A stretch of 64,000 nt of DNA from Marsupella aquatica (lineage: Eukaryota; Plantae; Marchantiophyta): assembly GCA_973895155.1 (NCBI GenBank), contig OZ316893.1, positions 124,001-188,000 on the forward strand, read 5' to 3'. How positions within the stretch are numbered: position 1 is the stretch's first letter; each line of letters opens with the position of its first letter. Position numbers and translations under genes: made by a program. This document shows positions 62,051-64,000 of this stretch, in pieces. Below the pieces are notes generated by a model that did not search any database, was not told where the DNA came from, and saw nothing but the letters and a program-made list of their open reading frames with translations.

Positions 62051-64000
62051 TTCCAGTTTATGGTTACAACGTGTACCGGCCAATCTAGGAACATTCATTT
62101 CGGTTGAGTTCAATTCTCAGAGCATGCGAAGATTCTGTGCCACAGGATTGGGAAAGGCAGTTGGAGTGCAATCCGTCGAGAAAGCGGACAACAATGCGAG
62201 ACCGATCGCAGGTACGTTGATGAGGTCATAATAATTCGCACCACCTCCTGTAAATCCATGGAATGGATCTGAGGAATTTTCTCAATATATTTCCTCTTTC
62301 GTGCCTTGTGTAACAGGTTGATCTGAAAGACAAGTGGTGCAATTTGGAGATGAGGTCCAACAAAGTATGACAAGCTGAAGCCATCGACCCCACATACACG
62401 TACATATTTTATTACACATTCAAAATGCGGTCACACAATGTATATATTCCAAAAATTCTTCCTTTCAAACCAGCTATGTATGAGCACGACCCCAGAGTAC
62501 AGCGGGCTCTATTTTTGATAGATTGGTTTTGTAGTAGGTAGCATTGGCGCAATATGCGCTACACTGTAAAGCTTTAGGATTTAGGCTTTAGGGTTTAGGA
62601 AAGAATGGAGGGAGTTGGCCTGTAGGGCGTGCTTTTCCCGACTATCGAGTTGGTTTTTACAATCTATGTATGACAGCGGAACTAAGCCTCTATTTTGTTC
62701 AATGCAAAGCCTTCTCATTGGACGTCTTATAGCCATTCCAAACCCGATGACAAGAATACACCGGATTGGGTTCCGTTGAGTCAGCAGAGGCCGTACTAGC
62801 ACTGCAACTGCTTCAGAAGGTAACTGAATTCATTCACCGATGTGGTAAGTGAAATAACTTGCGGCCAAAGTTAGCTCGAGTCTCAGCCGGTTAAGTACTG
62901 TTGTGTTGTGACCAGTTTTGTGTAGTCAGATCGGCACTACAGATGGATACCAATCGAACGAACCTGAACTCACTCTGTTCCATCCACGGTCCAGAGCTAC
63001 CCTCCATTGTTTTATCGAAACTCGACACAGCAATCTAGAATTGCCCTAGCCGCTGCCATTTTACCCACACCACCAGTATATGATCCAAAAAACAAATTTT
63101 CCATACAACCCTAAACCATAAATCCTGAAAGGGATAACATAGAGCTCAAATCGGAGCTTCACCAAATTGGCCATTGAAGACCCAGTTTCAATTTGGCCAC
63201 CTCTTGAACCCTAAACGAACCATCAAAACAATGACATATATTCGTTGTCACCACACACCGTGGCAACCTTCCTTCTATTTCCCCAAGCATGATAAACAAG
63301 GGGACCTCTGTTGAATATTCAATTCGGGCTGAAGAGTCTCTTCAACCAACCAACCATAAAGTCAATGATGATAATGATACATCTCATTTTGTTTGACCGA
63401 AACCCAATTTTGGGAATGCTCGGCCCTCTCGTAAATATGAGGAACGTCACCGTAACCCGCCGAGTGTATCTAGAGGACAACGGTAATGTACACCCTAAAA
63501 TCTCACAAATAGTGTCAGATCAAAGCTTCTCTCATAAGTCTTGGAAGAAATACAAAAAAACTTAAAAGACAGATTGCTTTCAAATATGACCCTCTAATTT
63601 GCCGCACGCGATGTCCGGCTTCAGCGGAAGTCAGCCCTAAAAACGTCCGCCACCTCGAGACGAGCGATACAATAATGGGGCAAACATAGTTGGATAAAAA
63701 GTGATTCGAGCAATTCGCCAAAATTGTTCCGGCACCCGAACGAACGATACAAGTTTCGGAAATTAACTGTGGTTTTGCAAAGGTGTCCTTCCGTTCATTT
63801 CATGTCGAGCAGAAAGAGGTCTCACGCAGAGACTACTCAAAACACTGCAGTAATCGATGGCTCAAAAACCATTACAATAGCGGCAGAGGCCAACATTCGG
63901 AACTCGCGAACGGACACAGCTTACATTACTCAATTTGAGAGCATCTTCCGGCATGCCAAATGCCTGGGTATGGTCCGAATGGGTTGCGATATGACCTTGG

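Noticed and set aside
62100-64000. Coding remnants, including a possible KDZ transposase for the TET-like gene
   Set aside because: The frames I translated are interrupted and show no CxC or DDE motif; the same holds for 50130-51090.

Overview
A repeat-dense eukaryotic window. It is probably from a land plant, most likely a bryophyte (inferred from the tRNA-Met-primed copia, Helitron ends, TTTAGGG-like tracts and TE ORF types). I recognise no intact host gene. Main contents: (1) a complete, very young Ty1/copia element at 7422-13468 (minus) with 421-bp LTRs identical by eye and a CATAC TSD, whose gag-pol has two in-frame stops; (2) a ~1,400-codon disrupted gene at 33120-37396 (minus) joining C2H2 fingers, a DUF3505-like domain, a tyrosine-recombinase-like R-K-R-H-Y set and a RecQ helicase, with (TAG)n tracts and recurrent motifs on both sides; this is the best candidate for an undescribed mobile system; (3) a TET/JBP-like 2OG-Fe(II) dioxygenase remnant at 54254-54844; (4) an RPA1-like OB-fold fragment; (5) many non-autonomous Helitrons, a CACTC-TIR element with nested insertions, L1 remnants, and several decayed coiled-coil ORFs of mobile-element type. 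All assignments come from reading motifs by eye; no searches were run.
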